DNA of 64,000 bases from Botryllus schlosseri. Its lineage: Eukaryota. Made by a program: the position numbers and the translations under genes. The stretch is from assembly GCA_051294905.1 (NCBI GenBank), contig CM119372.1, positions 4,528,001 through 4,592,000 on the forward strand. Direction: 5' to 3'. This document shows positions 1 to 13,700 of this stretch, in pieces (position 1 is the first letter of the stretch; each line of letters begins with the position of its first letter). The notes beneath the pieces were generated by a model, which was not told the DNA's origin, made no database searches, and saw only the letters and a program-made list of their open reading frames with translations.

Positions 1-388
1 TACGGTCTCTGCAGAGTTTGTTTTGTAAGCTCTTGAAAGAGATGTATATTGTACATGCATGTTGTAAAATTTATTGTATCAATATAACAAAGTGATTGAA
101 AATACAATACATTCTGCATAACACCATCACGATGTAACATAGCAGGGGAAGACTTGTTGTTCCAGCAGCCGAATGCTTTTAACACAGCGCGAGTCGCTTA
201 ACATTAGAAACGACCGTAATTTTGTGATAACCGGAAAGTCCTGATCTCGAGAGCGAGCTTGAACAGCTGTTGAGCGCAAATCCGTCGAAAAATGTCCCAC
301 GCAAGCTTTGCAAGCTACAATTTGACATAGTGGAGAAAGAGCAGAAATAATTGGCCGGAAAAATAGCAAGAAACGGGCTGCGAGCGAC

Positions 389-3300
389 TCAAGTGGCCAC
401 CGCCTTTCCAGCAGTGCTTAATTTTGACTCGACTTTATTAAATCTGCAAAGAGTGGTACGAATTAGTACAATGATTGAGTACTGCAATTGCAGTTGCACT
501 TACTTTTTGAGTTTGAATAGTTCTTTATTAGCTCCGTTAGATTGTCGCTGCAATCGCTGACTGTGATTGAGCGTGATGGGTTTAAGTTTTTTCGGCGGGA
601 TAGCCTTTTTGCAGATGCTTTGTTGATATTCTGTCATGTTGAGATAACCTGCGGAATTGATATATTTATTGTGATCAAATTCTAGAAGTTTCCCAAAATT
701 ACAAACACCTACCCTTGTCTCTTCGAACCTCGCTCAATTTTGTTTGAACTGGTCCTCGGCCTGATTGTTTATGGTGCCATTCGTTTCCGTACCCGCCACC
801 AATCAACTTTGACATCGCGACAGGGTCAGATTTTGGCGCTCTGAACGATGGTAATTTGGTTGATTTTGGTTAAATAAGGTTCAGCTCGGTTTACACGCTC
901 GCTAGTTATATAGTATATACCTGTGAAGTCGTGATCAATACTCACAGCACTGTCACAAAGCGCAATGAAATAGGTAAAGTCGAAAAAATATGAAACAATC
1001 TTTATGTGACGCCGGACTGGCATTATATCTTAGTGGTCGCATAAAAGGTACATATTCATACTGTTGTGGTGTCATAATGATCAGTATTTGAATACTAATA
1101 CTTTAAACAGAATAGAATCACCTCTGGGACTTGATTTTTTCCAGCCCGGGTGGTGAATATATTTACGCCGTCACGTCAAGTTTAGTTTATTAATAACTGC
1201 ATTACGGTACCTCAAAACACCGTAAGATTGAGATAAAAGAGTGAAAACAACTTGAAGTAGTCTTTCAACCAAACACCGGCCTTGGCCTAGAAGTAGAATG
1301 TGTATATATATATAAGAGACATGTACAATTGTACACTGAATTGGAAGTAATGGAAGATAACATGAACAAGAGGAAGAGCAATGAAATTAGAGTGTTATTT
1401 GGCATGTCAATATGAATCAATAGTAATAATAATCAATAATCGTCAGATTATATATTCATCGGATCAAGACACACACTATGTGCAATGCGATAAGACACAA
1501 TGTGGTCTCTGAAACTGGCCTTGACCTAGTGCCCGTTACCATAGTCCTTTTTCGATGATAATCTCTATTTCGCTAGGGTCACAATACCTCCTCTTTTAAG
1601 AGGATTTGTCCGTATTTTTAAAAGTGTCCTCGTAGGACGCCCAAATGTCCTCTTTTTTGACATTTTTGAAATTGTCCTCGGAGGACGCCCAAATATCCTC
1701 TTTTTGGAAATTTTGGTTAAAGGTACCGGTATGTTAAAATTCAACTGAGATATAGGAAATGAGTACTGAAGTAACGTTCCGGCGGGTCTTTCGGGAGTTG
1801 AGCCAGAATGTTGACCTTTCTTTTAGTCAACCAACAAGAGAATTCAATAAAAGTGTTTCTGGAGTCGAGTCAGAAAAATGCATCAATAAGTCAGCTATAC
1901 CAACTATTAGCAAGTCTGACAATCGTACGATTTGTACCATGCAGGAAGTTTCAGCATGTATATGTAACTGCGTTTACCTCTGTGATATTTCTGGAAGTTT
2001 GTCATTCTTTCGTCGCCGTCTCATGGTTTTCTGTCAAATAAAATAATGATGTGAAAAGGTGCATTCACAGCAATATTTTACGGCTGAATATTTACCATCA
2101 GATCAAGTGTTTCCAATTTTTATTGGAGCAATGAACTACACAAGCGTTTTTATACCATGATAAGCCACGCGTTGAATTTACAGCTAGTTGAAGAATTGAC
2201 TCGGCGCTACTGTGAACTGCATGATTGATATTGTGCAGTTTACGATTCAGGCAAATGTCTTGCTGCAGTTTTGTAGCCTATGTTTAGCACGGTAATACTC
2301 ATCAATAATAGAGTCCAATAGATATCTGATTTTTATGTCATATTGAATGTCTCGAGTCATATGACTTGGTAGAGTTACACGCAATGACTCGAATTGAATT
2401 ATTTTCAATTTTTAAGTAAAGTACTCACTTGAAGTCGAGTCATGTAAAATTGCGACTCAAGTTATTACAACCCTATAAAAAACACAAACCTTTTCCTTGG
2501 ACTCTTCCTGGTCTCTCGTCCAGACGGATTTATGGTCTGTGTAAAACGGAATCCGTTTCTTTCCTCTGGGGACATTCTCAGGCGTCTCGGATGGTTCGTA
2601 CTCGTGTACCATATATTCTGGCGGCTGCCAGGATGACTGAGACAAACTGAAGAAATCAATATAGGATTACCAATTTTGCATGGGCCGCAACCCTACTGTA
2701 TTGTGTTATATATTTACATTTTTTCATCCTTTTCTGGATCGCATGTCTGATGATCGAACCAGTCCACTCTCGGATAACTCTTCGGGCCGCTTGATTCCTT
2801 TTTCTGCAGCGCGCATCATTTTTATACGTTTGTTAGCAGGGGAACATGCGATATTTCAGCAAATACTTCATAAGAAATTATTGATATTATTGAATGACTT
2901 ATTCACAGAGACTCTTGTAGGTTCAGAACTTCAATATAGAATTGAATAAAATATTCATGTTGAGATGAACTCGAATATTTCCGGCTCAAACTCGTCACGG
3001 GGGTAACCAGTACATTAGGCCCTCGGCCAATTCGGTCTCTGTAAATTCGGCCCTTGATCTATTTTGCATTATAAATGCATTTATTACGAATTATTATTTT
3101 CAGATAGGGAAGTTTTACGTGCCGTGGGTGGTTATGGGGGACATTAGGGTTGGAGGTGGATTAGGGTCCATGTTGGGGTAGGGTTTACTACAGGAATGCC
3201 GCCAAGTCCCTCTACTGTTGCAGTATCCCAAGATTAGAGTTGGGGTTGATGGATATTACGGTTAGAAGGGGATTAGGGAAGGGTTAATTTTGCTCCGAGT

Positions 3301-4468
3301 CACGAGTCAATCCCCATTTCTGATACGCCAAGTCAAGTCATTTTAGCAAAGTGACTCGAGTCAAGTCAAGTCATACGAAAAAGGTGACTCGAGTCTTACT
3401 CAAGTCAAGTCATGACTCGAGCCATCCCAACACTGCTAATCACGCAGTGACTGCGTGATCTACGCATGCAATAATATTATTATGTAATTAATTCACATTA
3501 ATAGTTGGTAATACTATTAATACAAAATTCGCTGAGTGCCGAATTTACTGGCATTCGTCAGGGGAAGTATCAGAGTAGAGACTTAAAAAGAACGCTGTAT
3601 ATCAACAATCGTATCAGCAAATATGATGTCGTAGGCATAAAATTCAGATAGTGTTGATATGAGAGATGTGTCAAACATTGCAACTGGTCTAGGACCACAT
3701 CTTAGTAAGGCACATTGATTTCGAGTACCCTAATCTGAGTCGAGTAGCAAAAAAATGATACTCTGGAGCACTGAAATTATGTGCTCCATACCAGTAAGAG
3801 TTAATTAATCAACAAAAGTTACAGTTTCGTTAGTATTCTCAACTGTTGAAGCCTCGATTCGTCATATCTCAGCATACGGTACGAAACATGTCATACAAAT
3901 TAGTGGACACGACATATCTGTGTGAAGTTTTGATCAACCCGAAGTATTGCCACAAAGTGCATTGAAATAGGCATGGTCGAAAAAAGACGAAATTGTCTTC
4001 AATCTGATGTATAACTTGCATTATATTCTTTATATGTAGTAACATAAAAAGTACATATTTGAACACTCCACATCTTTTGCCCAGTACCAGCAAAACTACA
4101 GTAACAGTTCGTCAAGTTCGCATTTTACCATGAATTACTAAACTCATTTCGTCTTACCTCGTAATTGAATACTAGCAGATTTTTCCTTCCTCCCTGCTTA
4201 GCTAGTCTGATGTACTTTGAATCTGATTCTTTCGGGCGTTTATTCGGCCTGTAATACGTCAATTGATTTAATAATAACGTGTGTCAAGATGGTAGGTGGC
4301 TTTAACGACTTGCCTAACACCTATCTCCCTTCTCCATGCTTCTTCGTCGAGAGGATCCAACGCCGCTAAGCCTGGGACCTGTGATGCTGGTGGAACCAAC
4401 TGTTGTGGTTTATCGACTCGCTTGGACGGAGCGTGGTAGAACCACATCTGGCCAGTGTTCGCGTTCAT
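389..4468 (-). CDS. C7orf57: C7orf57-like (DUF5524) protein, multi-exon
   Basis: Phase-consistent exons 4468-4314, 4248-4158, 2803-2718, 2646-2490, [unresolved link], 840-713, 648-504, 443-389 (TGA). The translation has the motifs WFYHAPSKR..VPPASQVPGL, KESDSKYIRLAKQGGRKNLL, YPRVDWFDH, PEYMVHE..PFYTDHKSVWTRD and MSKLIGGGYGNEW, in the order recalled for human C7orf57. The join between 2490 and 840 needs an exon I could not place. Confidence 0.88.
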
Positions 4469-4590
4469 CTTTATTAGTTTCAGATGATGCAATGTGACCA
4501 AGTGAGCTCGAACAGACCTTTATCCACGACAGTGCGATAAGAGGCACAGTAACAGGAGAATTGCTGCAATGAAAATAAAGCAACAGGTTG

Positions 4591-4604
4591 GTTGCCTTGG
4601 CGAC
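4591..4604. promoter_or_regulatory. RFX X-box in the shared bidirectional promoter
   Basis: GTTGCCTTGGCGAC is a 12/14 match to the palindromic X-box GTTGCCATGGCAAC. It lies between the divergent ATGs at 4468(-) and 4757(+). A TATA-like tttatatata follows at ~4608, and TAGCAAC half sites occur at ~4715 and ~4731. Confidence 0.65.
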
Positions 4605-4756
4605 AGCTTTATATATAGGTGGCAGTATCGAGTTGATATAATTATTATTATATTTAATGAATGTGTGACGACACAATGCAGTTTTAGAGTAAGCAATTTT
4701 CTAAACTGTAAAAATAGCAACAGGAGGAAATAGCAACCTATAATGGAAGACGAGAA

Positions 4757-7700
4757 ATGACTTCACCAGGTAATATAGATCGATATTTTTCTGCAGATTT
4801 TTAACATAACAAAGTATTAAATTTCGCAGGAACAAAAATACTAGAAGATATTCTGACATTAAGCGATTTTCAGCAACTTCTCAGCGACGAACAGTTCGTG
4901 GATTTTTTCAACAAATTCACGTGTCTTCCGGTGAGATTTTTCGGGATAAACGAAAAGGTAGTCTAGCGATCATTAAAACTTTCTCATTTGTGTTAAGGCT
5001 TTTCCTCAGCTGGTTCAAATAACCAAAAAAGAATGCGGGTTTTTGCTTCATCCCCCGTTGCCCAATGCTTACGTGAGTTGGCTCGTTATTATCTACGTGC
5101 GTGGATATAGATCACAACAATTTGATACATTTTAGATTATAAATAGTAAAGGATTAGTAGAATGGCTGTGGAGGAAAAGGCTAACTTTCTTCGTCAAAAG
5201 CAAACTCTTCAGAGAGTATCGCCTTTGCAACATCTTGCTAAACTATTCGCTGGTGAGAAGAGGAGAATACTACGAAACAGAAAGTACGTCGTATTGCCAT
5301 GAATAATTCGTATCCGCATTATCATAGTTCCCCGAGCCTTACGCCATTACATTAAACCTCGTGTTCAGCTACAAAATACATCAAAGACTCGCTGAAATGG
5401 CTGCAGAAGCGAGCTCTTGGCAGAGTATCCAAGCTACGGAAATTCCGCAAATTTCTACGCAACACGGAGGACGGACTGAAACTGTATATTTACTGGCTTG
5501 AAGCCGAAAGACTGTATGGAACTCTCAGAAACGGTTTTTGTTTTATTTACGGTCCAGATTTTTTTTACTTCAGCGAACACGCGAAACATTTATTATGTGT
5601 GGGAGTAAGGTTATGCAGTAGCATCTGTTAATTAATGCGGGTGGCCTATATACGCAATAGCCAGAAATCGGCAGTAGGTATACCATGCGTTGTTAATTTC
5701 TTGCCCTTTTACTGGTATGTTGCAAACCTGCAATACGAATCTTATAAATGACCCATTAAAGCTTCTTTAAATCATAGGTATTTCCACATTAAATTACGCT
5801 CACGCGCTGCAATAGATGTCTTCAAATCAATAAAGGGCAAGTACTTCATTGGAGAAGGTAGAAGAAGAATGCCACAGCATTTGTTAGAAGAGGCATTCGA
5901 CAGTCTACCACCGTACCACTACAACCGAGGGATAGTGTCAGACGCTGTTTGCTACGATGTAACTTTTGCCATGTGTTTACAAAAGGTACGAATGATCTGA
6001 TCTTCTATTGATATTCTAATCGATGAACTGTAAGGGTGTTTCAAGCATTTTTATCGCTCGGAATGACGACTGCATTGCCTATGAACAGCAATGACAATGG
6101 CAATGGCAATAGCTGGATAAAATCGGGTGCCTGTGTGACTTGATTCTGAATCAATCAATCAATGGACGGATTATATTTTCATCTGCCCAAGACACACACA
6201 CAATGTACAATGCGATATACAGGACACACAATGCGATGTAATGAAAAGATAGAGGGATGCCGAATGACCAAACAGTTGGGGTCTCTTGAACTGGCAGCCA
6301 CCTCGACCTCGTGCCCGATGTCACAGTCTTCATCGATGTTATTCCTTCTTCGTCAGTTCCTTTTAGAAGCTACTTCTTGCTCTTTTTCTTTATTTATCGG
6401 GTCTTTTTTCTCTCTGGGCTTTTTTTGTCGCCGTAAGAACAACGACACGGGGGACGATGAGCCCATGCAGAATAGCCTCCGGAGGCGGAAATTGACCCGG
6501 TCCGCCTGCTTGGATGGCGCCGACGCTATCTCCCCCGGTTATCGAGTATGAAATCTGTGGCAGGTTCAAATATGTATACATTTTATGCAACCACAAGAAT
6601 ATAATGTCAGTTCTACATCATTCTAAAATAATTTGTTATTTTTTCGACTTCATACTGTTGCAGCCCACCCATTAGGGGTGTATTTGTTATAATTGTATAT
6701 TATTATTGTGGTAGTGTAGTGTAGTTGTTGTTGCTGGGGCCGCCAAGTGTCTGGTTCCGACTAGGTAGAATGGACACCTGGTGGACACTAGAGGTCGACC
6801 GATATTGATATTTACAGGCCGATACCGATACCGATATTTCGACGCTCACAAGGCCGATAACCGATATCATAGGCCGATATTAATATGGAAGGAGCAGAGA
6901 ACTATTTCGCCAAAAATATTATATATTAGGCAAGGTGGCACTTGTTCATGCCACAGAAAGGTGAACAACAAACGAGAAAACTGGAATCGAAAAGACTTAT
7001 TGCTTAATTGTGAACATTCGTTGAAATTTGGGATAACCCGAAAATCAAAACATGATACAGAATTGCAGATCAGTTCAGAAAAGGTAGATTGTAGTTAGAT
7101 ATAAAATATCGGTCGCGATATCGGCCTAGATTGGCCGATACCGATATTCGAGAAAGTTCCAAATATCGGCGCCGATAATCGGTCGACCTCTAGTGGACAC
7201 ATGAATTCCTGCCTCCTTCTTGTCAAAGTTGTGTCGTGAGGACGTATAGCAAAGCTCTATGAAAACGACTGTTGAATCTCTTTACATCTACTATACCAGG
7301 AGGTCCTCCCCATATGCCGAGTATGCCGTCGGTTTTGATCACGACTTCACAAACATGTCATTTCCACCAACGTTAGGGTTACGTAATTTTGGAATCGATT
7401 GTTGATATACGCTGTTCTTTCGAATTCTCTACTAGTTGCTGACGATTACCCCTGACGAGTGTCAGCCGAAAATATTCGGGTTCATTTTAATATGAATATA
7501 TTATTCAATTGTATATTGAAGTTCTGTACCTCAAAGAAGCTGTTCGAATCGAGAGAGGAGGACACTTTTAACAAATCATAAAAGTTGGTTTACCGAAATT
7601 GAAAAACCCGATTTTGAAATGTTTACGGGAAATCTTGTTGTGTTGACTAAAAACAAAAAGGTCCTCACTATGCCTCGACTCCCGAATCACCCACTTATTG

Positions 7701-10700
7701 CGATACATCTGTGGTGCTGACTGAAAAAAGGTCATCACTCTGACTCGAACGTCCTCATTACCTATTTCACGTCATTTATGCCGATTTTCAGTTGACCCTG
7801 TCCATTTGACTAGCTGTCAAAGCTGTAAAGGAGGACGAATTGACAATAACCGTAACTAGCGTACAGTACATAGCTCAGAACTATGCTGGGATTCGACCAA
7901 TTGAAGTTTCAATGCTCCCACGGCGGTAAATACTAACCCTTTTATGATGTACCTTGATAAATTCACTTTCATTGGCCAGGAGGGTATAATTTCAGCGCTC
8001 GTCATTAGAATTAATACTCGATTCATTGCACCTATCGGCGACTGGCATTTATATCGTTTAATTTAAGATATGTATAACTCGGATGCAACGCTATTGGTTG
8101 CCGAGATATCTCCTGGAACAAAGAGGGATCGCAGTAGAAAATGAAGAACGCGGCATGCTCAAAACGGCATTGAAATACTTACGAGGCATCATCAATTTGG
8201 ATGCGCAACAACAAGCAGCTGTCGATCAAGTTTTACCACTAGGATCGAATAGCAAGAACAGCAATGATTGTGCGGAAGATCTCAACTTACGTGGCAACGC
8301 AAGTAATAAAGGTAGGCCTATGCAATGCATACATAGGCTACTTCAACGTGTGCGTCTCAAGACCGGAGAGAACGTATATTGTTTGATACATAATCTTACA
8401 TTTACTGCTTATAATATACCGGTATTTATTGACAGATACAAACAAACGAAAGGAATCGTCGTCAGATGACAACGAATATTACGTTGCAAGGAAATTACAA
8501 TTACCGGTAAGATGTTAGAATATTATAGCCGAACTGTTAGACAGTACCGATAGCCTAACTTCATGAGCATAAGCATTGGCCTTAGCAACAGCGGTCTTAC
8601 TTGCTTAGTTCGAGATCACGCAAACTATGATAGAGATACCTTACAGTGAATTTGTGTCTTCGCGGTTTCTCATTGGCGACACGCAGGATGCATGTATTTC
8701 GATCAGTTAGCTCATTCATTATTAAAAGGAATTGGTAGCCAAACGCTTTTCGCGGTGTGGGCCTTCGCGTTGGGAATATAAAGCTCACAGCAAAGAACTC
8801 GCGGAGTATAGACGTGGGCTATGTCGCGAGGTATAGATTATATGCGCAAAGCATGTTAGACTTGTTAGTGCATTGCAGACTTGGACAGCTAGAACATTTT
8901 TAGCATTTTCAAATACAATTATAGCTACACATTTTTACAAATCAGATTAGAATTAGAATTATGCCTACACAAGTTTTTCCATATTAGACTGGAATTGGAA
9001 TTTTAGACACGCAGTGTTGTCCAAAGTAGATTAGAGTTAGAATTACTTAATCTGCGCAGCAAGGTTGGCTCGTTTCGCACTATCCAGTGATCCTGTAGCA
9101 TTTTCATGAAAACCAGGAATTAGATTAGAATTAAAATCAGCATAGAAACATTTCACGAATTAGGTTAGAATTAGATTACCCGCATTCCGCCCCAATTAGT
9201 ATAATTCGGCAACTATAATTACCGAGTTGTCCAAGTCTGGTGAAGAAATTAGTCGAGGGACTTACGGTTACTGGTACAGAAACAGAAGCGCACCCACAAA
9301 CTGTTCATCAAAGATCAACACGTAAAAAGTTCCGCGAAAAACAACGGCAGAAACAGATCTGATCCGGTAGACAGCGACTCGTCAAGCGACGACGAAGAGA
9401 CGTGCCGGCGAAGGATAAGGTCAATGAAAGAGAGCTCTCGTAATCGCAAAGCGCGAAGGAACCAGCAGCGATCTTCGAGTCAATCCAGGCGCAAGTATGG
9501 GTCGGATTCGGAGTACGACGCTGATTCCGATGCAGTCGATGGACGTACTGATACGCGTCTGCCAAACAGCAGGTATCCTTCCGTGTTATTGTTACACAAT
9601 TGAATGGTTTATTCATATTGAAATGAACCCGAATGTTTTCGGCTGACAATCGTCAACAACTAGTAGAGAATTGCAGAGAACATCGTATATCAGTGGTCGG
9701 GAACCTATGGCTCGCGAGCCATATATGGCTCTTTTGGGAATAACATATGGCTCTTTGACGTATTTTCAATTTTGTACTTAATTTTAGCGATATTGCAGTA
9801 ACTTGTTGGTAAATTTTCTTAACGGCCAGAATAAAGTTACTGTTGCGCCAGCGACCAACATCCCTCGCGAATTCGAATCGCGCGCTGCGTAAGCTTGGAT
9901 TACACCATACATTGGTTGATCAAAGAGAATAGCAGACATGGGGACGGCTATATGACAATCTAGTTTTCAAATACACATCGTCTTCTTGATCTACGCCGAG
10001 AAATGAACTGCCTTGGAAATGACACCCCAATTACAAATCCGAAATACAAACAACGCTTCGCTATGCACGCTCTTCATTTATAAGTAGGTTTCTAGTACTG
10101 CCGTAAAATGTAGGCGTAGTGCAACGTTTATGTTACCGCCGAATTGAGAAGTCGATCAATATTTAGATTTTCGGAATCAGTGCCACAGTTGTATTAGCGT
10201 AATATCAATTAATATAAATTCTGAGCTATTTACGATGAATTGCGCTATCACAGCATGATTTAGTAGCCTACCAGTTTTTACAGATAAAATATGGCCCCCA
10301 CGACTAATCCCATGTAGTGAGTTCGAATTTATTCTACCATGACGTCACGAATTTTCAATTGTGACGTAACAATTGATTGACATGTATGGCTCTTCGGGAG
10401 TTAAAATGGAAAATATACGTCTAATATGGCTCTTCAGACGAAAAAGGTTCCCGACCACTGTCGTATATCAACAATCGTAGCACGTAGCACAAACTATGAC
10501 GTCACCAGCATGAAATGTCGAATACTAGAGCGTTCAATGTACTATTTTTAGATGATACACGAACTCTTTTTGTTGACACAGCCTTGGCTGGTGTATTTTG
10601 ATAAAAGTCGACTCCAAGGCACACAAATGAAAGCGTGAACGACCCTTTCCGAGTACGCGAAATCCGTCGTCTCGATAATTTTTCCCACAGGCGGGATCAT

Positions 10701-13700
10701 CCAACAAGTCTTTGCCAATTGCAGAATTTATGGCCTCTGATTATTCCGCATTAATCTTGATAGGATGAGTCGACGGTGAGCTTTTCACCGAGCGTGATGC
10801 GCGTGTTCTAATATATCTAGGGACATGCTGATTTATGCGTTCCTGCAAGCGCTTTGACGTTCTTCCCACGTAGCCACAATCACAGTGACACTTAAATTCG
10901 GAAACTACGTTGCTCTGTTGAAGTGCAGGAAGCACGTCTTTACGTGTTGCAGTATAGATAACTAACCTACGTAGGTTAGTTATCTATAGTTGCAGGGAGC
11001 AGTTGCGTTGTCGTGAAAATCACGTTGGTCTTCACTGTGTCGTAACACTCATTGACCGCTGAAAGCAATTGCTTTTCAAAGCGGGTGGAAATAGGGCCAA
11101 TCCAAGGTGTAAAGATCTTTGGTTGTTCGTTCGGTAGGCTCTGTTGACTTTTTTTTGCGTTAAATTGCGTTTATTTCCTCTCTATGTCGTGGTTGATGAC
11201 ATGTTCAGGGTAACCGTTATCAAGTAAGATTTTGTCGATGTTGTCAAGTTCTAAGTTCAGTTTATTACCTGAACATATCATCAACGCTCTATGCACGAGG
11301 CTGGATATGAGGTTGAGAATTGAATAGTATATTCAATACGTATCGTTGGGAGAGGCCGTTCACACTTCCATTTGTGTACCTTGGGGTCGACTTTATCAAA
11401 ATTCACCAGTCAAGGCTGTGTCAACAAAAGGAGTTCGTGTACCATCCACAAATAGTTAGGGCTGGGCGAAATCGAGTACCTGAGTGATTCGATTCTGAAT
11501 CACGCAATATGCTTCGAGTCGAGTCGAGTATTCGAGTATCAGTCATTATGACGTCATAGCAGAATGTCATATGTCAAAGATCAACTGAGCACTTTTTATG
11601 CTACCACAAAGAATATGATGCCTGTATTCCGTCACATTACAGATACTCCGGTATTTTTCAACCATATGGACTTCTTTGCCCTTTGTGACAATGTTGGGGG
11701 ATGATCATAATTTTGTAAATGTGTTATTTTCTGTAACGTTAGTAGCTTGTACTATATGTTTCGTATGCTGCGATACGTCCAATCAAGGTTTCAAGGCAAC
11801 CAAAGTGGAAATTAGTATCGGAATTATAATTCTCGTTGACAAATTACCTTTCAGTGGCGAGGAACGTATAATTTCAGTACTCGGAAAAATCGACTTTTAC
11901 TACTCGACTCGAATCATTAAAATTAATACTCGATTCAGATTCGAGTACTCGAATCATTGTGCCCAGCCCTACAAATAGTACATTGAATGATCTCTCATTC
12001 GAAATTTCATGCTGGTGACGTCATATTTCATGATACGATTGTTGATATACAATGTTCTTTGCAATTCTCTACTAGTTGCTGACGATTACCCCTGACGAGA
12101 GACGAAAATATTCAGGTTCATTTCAATGTGAAAATACTAATCAATTGTATATTGAAGTTCTGTACCTCGAAGAAGCTCTTCAGATGTTATTGTTGTTGTG
12201 GTGATTTCTCAAGACTCTATGCGCTGATTACTGTAATCATTTAACCTCGCCCTGGTGATTCTGTTTGTACCTCAGTTGCGTATGTCTGTCTGTCTGTCTG
12301 CTTGGAAGTGGGTTTCAATTAAAGTTGCCACCACGGCATATATGCGGTGATTTGCTTATTACAGAAGCCAATGTGATAGTACAATGTCCCTGCCATAGTT
12401 TGTTATTCTTCTAATTTACCGAATTATTCAAGTAGATTGTATTCACTCACGCAAGTACTTTTGTATGCACACTGGGGTTGCTCAAAAATAACTTTTTTCC
12501 AAATTTTTGCGGCTATTCGATAAAATTGTTACGTTGGTGAAAAAAAAAAGGTTCGTACCAAATTTTAAAAATTTTGAATGTAATATAATTCATTTATTTC
12601 CTCAAATTTTACCGCCTATCCCGTGGAATTGACAAGTTGTCCAACCAATTCCAACTGGTAGAAGCGAAGCTATTGGAGCTGAAAATCTTGAATTTTAAAA
12701 ATTAGTATTGCCTGTTGATAATCCCAGAGATACTCGAATAACTTCACTTCTACGGGCTGTAATCGAGTCAAATTTGTTTCGCATAGTTTTCGTCGACAGG
12801 TTAACAGTTTCGTGGATTGGCGGGTAAAATTTGAAAAAAAAATTCTGTTTAGAATAAATTCAAAATTTTCCAAATCAAATAGCTACCCTTCATCTCGTTG
12901 GAATTGAGCCAAATTTGGTGAGCACCTTCTATTTTTGGCCAACCTACAACAAATTTAGCTGATAGCCGCAAAAATTTGAAAAAAAAAAGTTATTTTGAGC
13001 AACCTTAATGTATACTACCACTACTACTTGAACGGTGTCACAGTCAACAGTCCCTGAAAATCCCACTTGACGAACCACTGCAGTATACAGTTCTTCTGTA
13101 GCATTTTCAGTAAAAGCAGATATCGGAATAGAATTAGAATCCTATACTGACACGGAGGCACGGAGGCAATTTTGTTTTTTTAAAAAGGCCTTTGTTTAAA
13201 AACACTGTTTAAAACATTTTTTAAACAAAGTGTTTTAAAACAGTGGTTCTTAACTTTTTTCACCTCGAGGACCGGTAAAATTTCAAAAAATGTCCGCCGG
13301 ACCGGTGAACTTTCAAAATTGAAATGAAGCCAAAATGTAAAGTATGCAACCGTTTTTTGCAATTATATGGTGCTAGAGTGTGACATTTAGAGGGTTTTGA
13401 TCGCAATTAATCATCTTCATGAGGGCATCCATGTGATCTTATGGTAGTGAGTCTGCTGAGTCGAGGTAAAATTGCCTTGTCTAGATGAACGTGCTACCGC
13501 CGAGAGTCGTTTACAGTCTTTCGCGCCGAAGGCCGTGGGTTTAACCGACCACGCCAACACGAATAATATTCTTCTCTTTGACAATATCGAGAGAAGAAGC
13601 GTTTAGGAGTAGAACCAAGCACCTTGTCGTGCTACCTTGCTCATTGGCCACTGCCACCAGACGCAGGCTACTCTGGCAACTATACAAATACAATGAGTGC

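Larger units (their letters stand above)
9594..12184 (-). mobile_element. Penelope-like retroelement remnant (GIY-YIG endonuclease region) with inverted terminal repeats
   Basis: The minus-strand peptide SNVVSEFKCHCDCGYVGRTSKRLQERINQH (10741-10935) is GIY-YIG-like, with RT-thumb-like sequence upstream. The terminal repeat is present at both ends in inverted orientation, and the flanking direct repeat is TGTTATTGTT (9584-9593/12185-12194). Frameshifted. Confidence 0.85.

Noticed and set aside
826..1023. ORF starting MPVRRHIK, reminiscent of the MDM1 N-terminus
   Set aside because: The similarity stops after four residues, and the region lies in an intron of the C7orf57-like gene.
3010..3550. 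TTAGGG-like runs (also ~26590-26700) suggesting interstitial telomere
   Set aside because: They are highly degenerate and embedded in short repeat-like elements, possibly Helentron-type, so they are not a telomeric array. Evidence is too weak to classify them.
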